DNA of 64,000 nucleotides from assembly GCF_052425735.1 (NCBI RefSeq), contig NC_135770.1, positions 33,480,001 to 33,544,000 of the forward strand, given 5' to 3'. The stretch's first letter is position 1; every line of letters begins with the position of its first letter. This DNA is from Oculina patagonica (taxonomy: Eukaryota). The notes beneath the pieces are model-generated. The model did no database searches and had not been told where the DNA came from. It worked only from the letters and a program-made list of their open reading frames with translations. This document shows, in pieces, positions 61,453-64,000 of the stretch. The translations under genes and the position numbers were made by a program.

Positions 61453-63527
61453 TACAGTTTACTATTAACAACAATGCTGACTAAAAGTGCGAGAAAAAAT
61501 CTTTAAATAACGGCAAAAGAACTTTCAGCTTTTCTCAACTAGATCTCTGATTACAATGTGCTAGTAACTTATATTTATAGCTAAATCCAAACAAAGAATT
61601 CACCGACTTCTAAGAACATCTATAGTGATTTCAGTGGCATGTCAACGGTTCCTTTAACATGCTCGCTTTCTGATAACCTAGTATTAGGGTGAGATGCAAA
61701 GTCTATTTTTCAAATACAGTGTCGAGAAATCATCAATTTTTCAAATATGAAGAAATATGGAAATCGCAAATAACGCAGTCAAATATGAAGTACTTACTGA
61801 ACAATATTTGCGTTCATTCCTGTACATAAGTGATTAACTGGAAAATATTGTCTTGATGTAGGATTAAATTCATTCATCTAACATTTGGAAATATTTTGGC
61901 GAATACATTAGTATGAAGAATTGCTATTTACAAGTAAGATTTATACTGAAAGGAAAGCAACCGTGCTAAGCTTAGTCTCTTATGTCAACAGACTTGTTAA
62001 AATTTGTTTAATTGAATTGCAAGGCGTAGAGTATAGGTAGAATAACTCAATACGTCCAAATTGAATTTTTATAGTCTTGTTCATCGCTTGCAACTTATGC
62101 GTGTGCAATGTTGTAAAATCTGCTAATAGATTGTTTCTTTGAGGTTAACAATTTCTAGTAATATTCCGCCTGCTGTTTATCGAAATTTTGTTTCTTGCCT
62201 CTCTCAAAAAGGAGAAATTAAGTTTTGATCACTCTAACTTGGATATCAATGGGGGTTAAATAGAAATTATTACATTTCCTTCACAACAAATTATGTACTT
62301 TTCAGTAAAGGAACGTTTTCCTTTGTTGCGAATAAAAGTTAGTCTTATTTTATAATTATTAAAGAAAACGACAGCAAAACGAAACGGAAGTTAATGACCA
62401 AACACAACAGAACGATCCCCGGATTAGTTGTCTTACATCGCTAACCTTATTCTAGGTTATTTGTTCTAATATATTGTCAATGTTTGATTCTCTCAGCAGG
62501 TACCCAGAGAGCGAACAATCAAGAAAAAGAACAATAAAACACCGCCTGAGTGAATTAACGAGAAGTAGAACATTTGGAAACGTTTTTTATTCATGGAGGA
62601 ACTGTTTTCCACTCTTTGCAATAACAACAACAACAATAATGATACAAATGACATTAAGTGTAAATAAATGATCTGTTGAAATTTTTGACATGTACCTTAA
62701 AGAAAATGTTTACTTCACATGTATGTTTATTACTTGTTAACGAGCGAAAAAAATCTAATCAATGTAAAAAACAACGAGAAGAAGCAGGAAAAAAAAAAGA
62801 AATATATTCCAATGGTAACGCAACCAAATGCCATTTTTACATTAAGAGTGAAGAAAGGTTAGCTATTAAAATTGTTTTTTTAAGTTAACTCACTTTATGA
62901 AATGAAATGGTTTTTAAGCCGATCTGTTTTTTTATAACCTAACTTTTCCGTGACTTGACTGTTCACCTTTTCTCTTGTTCTTTAAGAAATTATTTTTTTT
63001 TCGGTAAAGAGTGTTAGGAAATTGTCAAAACAGCGCCCATTATCGTGTAGACCACTGATAAATATGGCTTTGTCAACTTTACGGAGAAAATAGTTTTATT
63101 GTACACCGAGTCATCCTTAATCCTTATTCTCATCAGTAATCACCACAAAACAAATGAGTCAATATAAATAAAGTCAACGGCACGACTGTAAAGAAGATAC
63201 TAAGAGCAGATTAAAGGCTTGACCCAAACGCTCTTAAAACCTTTCCATAATGTAACATTACAAAGTTACAAAAATAACAAAGGATATAAAATAGCCACAT
63301 CACTTGAAAAGTGAATGCGGTGAAACTTGTGTTGCTGTCCATTACTTTTACATTTAAATTTGGTTTACTCCGATGAGCAATTGCCTCTTGCCCAAACGCG
63401 ATACCAGAAGGGATATATACGCGCACTGTGCAAGAAAGTATCACTCCCATTTAAAATTCCCGCTTTCCTTGGGGAAGATTATGGCAGAAAAATTAACTCT
63501 GATCGATAACGTTTTTGTTGATTAAAG

Positions 63528-63980
63528 TTTAACTCCAACCCGAAATCGTCCACGTTACCTAGAAGTGCGGATAATTGGAGGAGTTTTACTCCCGTCCACA
63601 ATCCATACTTTCCCAGAGGAAAGGATTGTAGGAGGAAGTTTAACTTCCATCAACAATCTCCATTTTCCTTGAGGAGAAGATTGTAGGAGGACATTTCACT
63701 CCCTTCCACAATCCTCCACTCTCCCAGATGAAAAGACAGTGGGAAGAAGTGTAACTTCCATCCACAATCTCGACTATTCTCAATATAAGAGAGAAGGATT
63801 GTTTATAGGAGTACAATCCCTCCCAACATATTCAACTCTGAGACAGCGAAGGACATTGTATTGGAATACAACTTACTCCCCCAATTTTTTCTTCTAAGAG
63901 AATGGAGGACTGTGGATAAAATTTACATTTTAACTAACACTTTTCTCATCTGGGATAGTGAAAGATTGTGGATAGGAGAA
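63528..63980. repeat. ~55-bp degenerate minisatellite with self-complementary units
   Basis: Units start at about 63528, 63584, 63639, 63694, 63750, 63812, 63867; consensus TTTAACTYCCWTCCACAATC...GATTGTAGGAGGA. Confidence 0.8.
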
Positions 63981-64000
63981 ACATTCTCTCTATTTGTCTT

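Overview
Eukaryotic (metazoan) genomic DNA, AT-rich, with spliceosomal introns and a MITE/SINE landscape suggesting an anthozoan, probably a stony coral (inferred, not proven). I reconstructed four genes by hand: (1) the last two coding exons of RAD51 (+); (2) a complete SLC46-family (PCFT/SLC46A3-like) MFS transporter (-, 480 aa) ending near a dileucine sorting motif; (3) ZFYVE26/spastizin (+, 38 coding exons, about 3263 aa), head-to-head with the transporter across a ~280-bp promoter carrying a CLEAR-like E-box, and containing an internal DUF547-like domain that I do not recognise from vertebrate spastizin; (4) a LicD-family nucleotidyltransferase with an intronless CDS (+). The last ~13 kb has no convincing CDS but holds a tandem family of exon-like non-coding units and a hairpin minisatellite. 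Other notable structure: a 140-bp copy of the shared promoter pasted into ZFYVE26 intron 4 between duplicated splice donors, a second locally templated insertion, and an inverted twin tRNA-like retroelement with a 13-bp TSD. All exon boundaries come from GT/AG and frame logic plus remembered homology; there is no transcript evidence.
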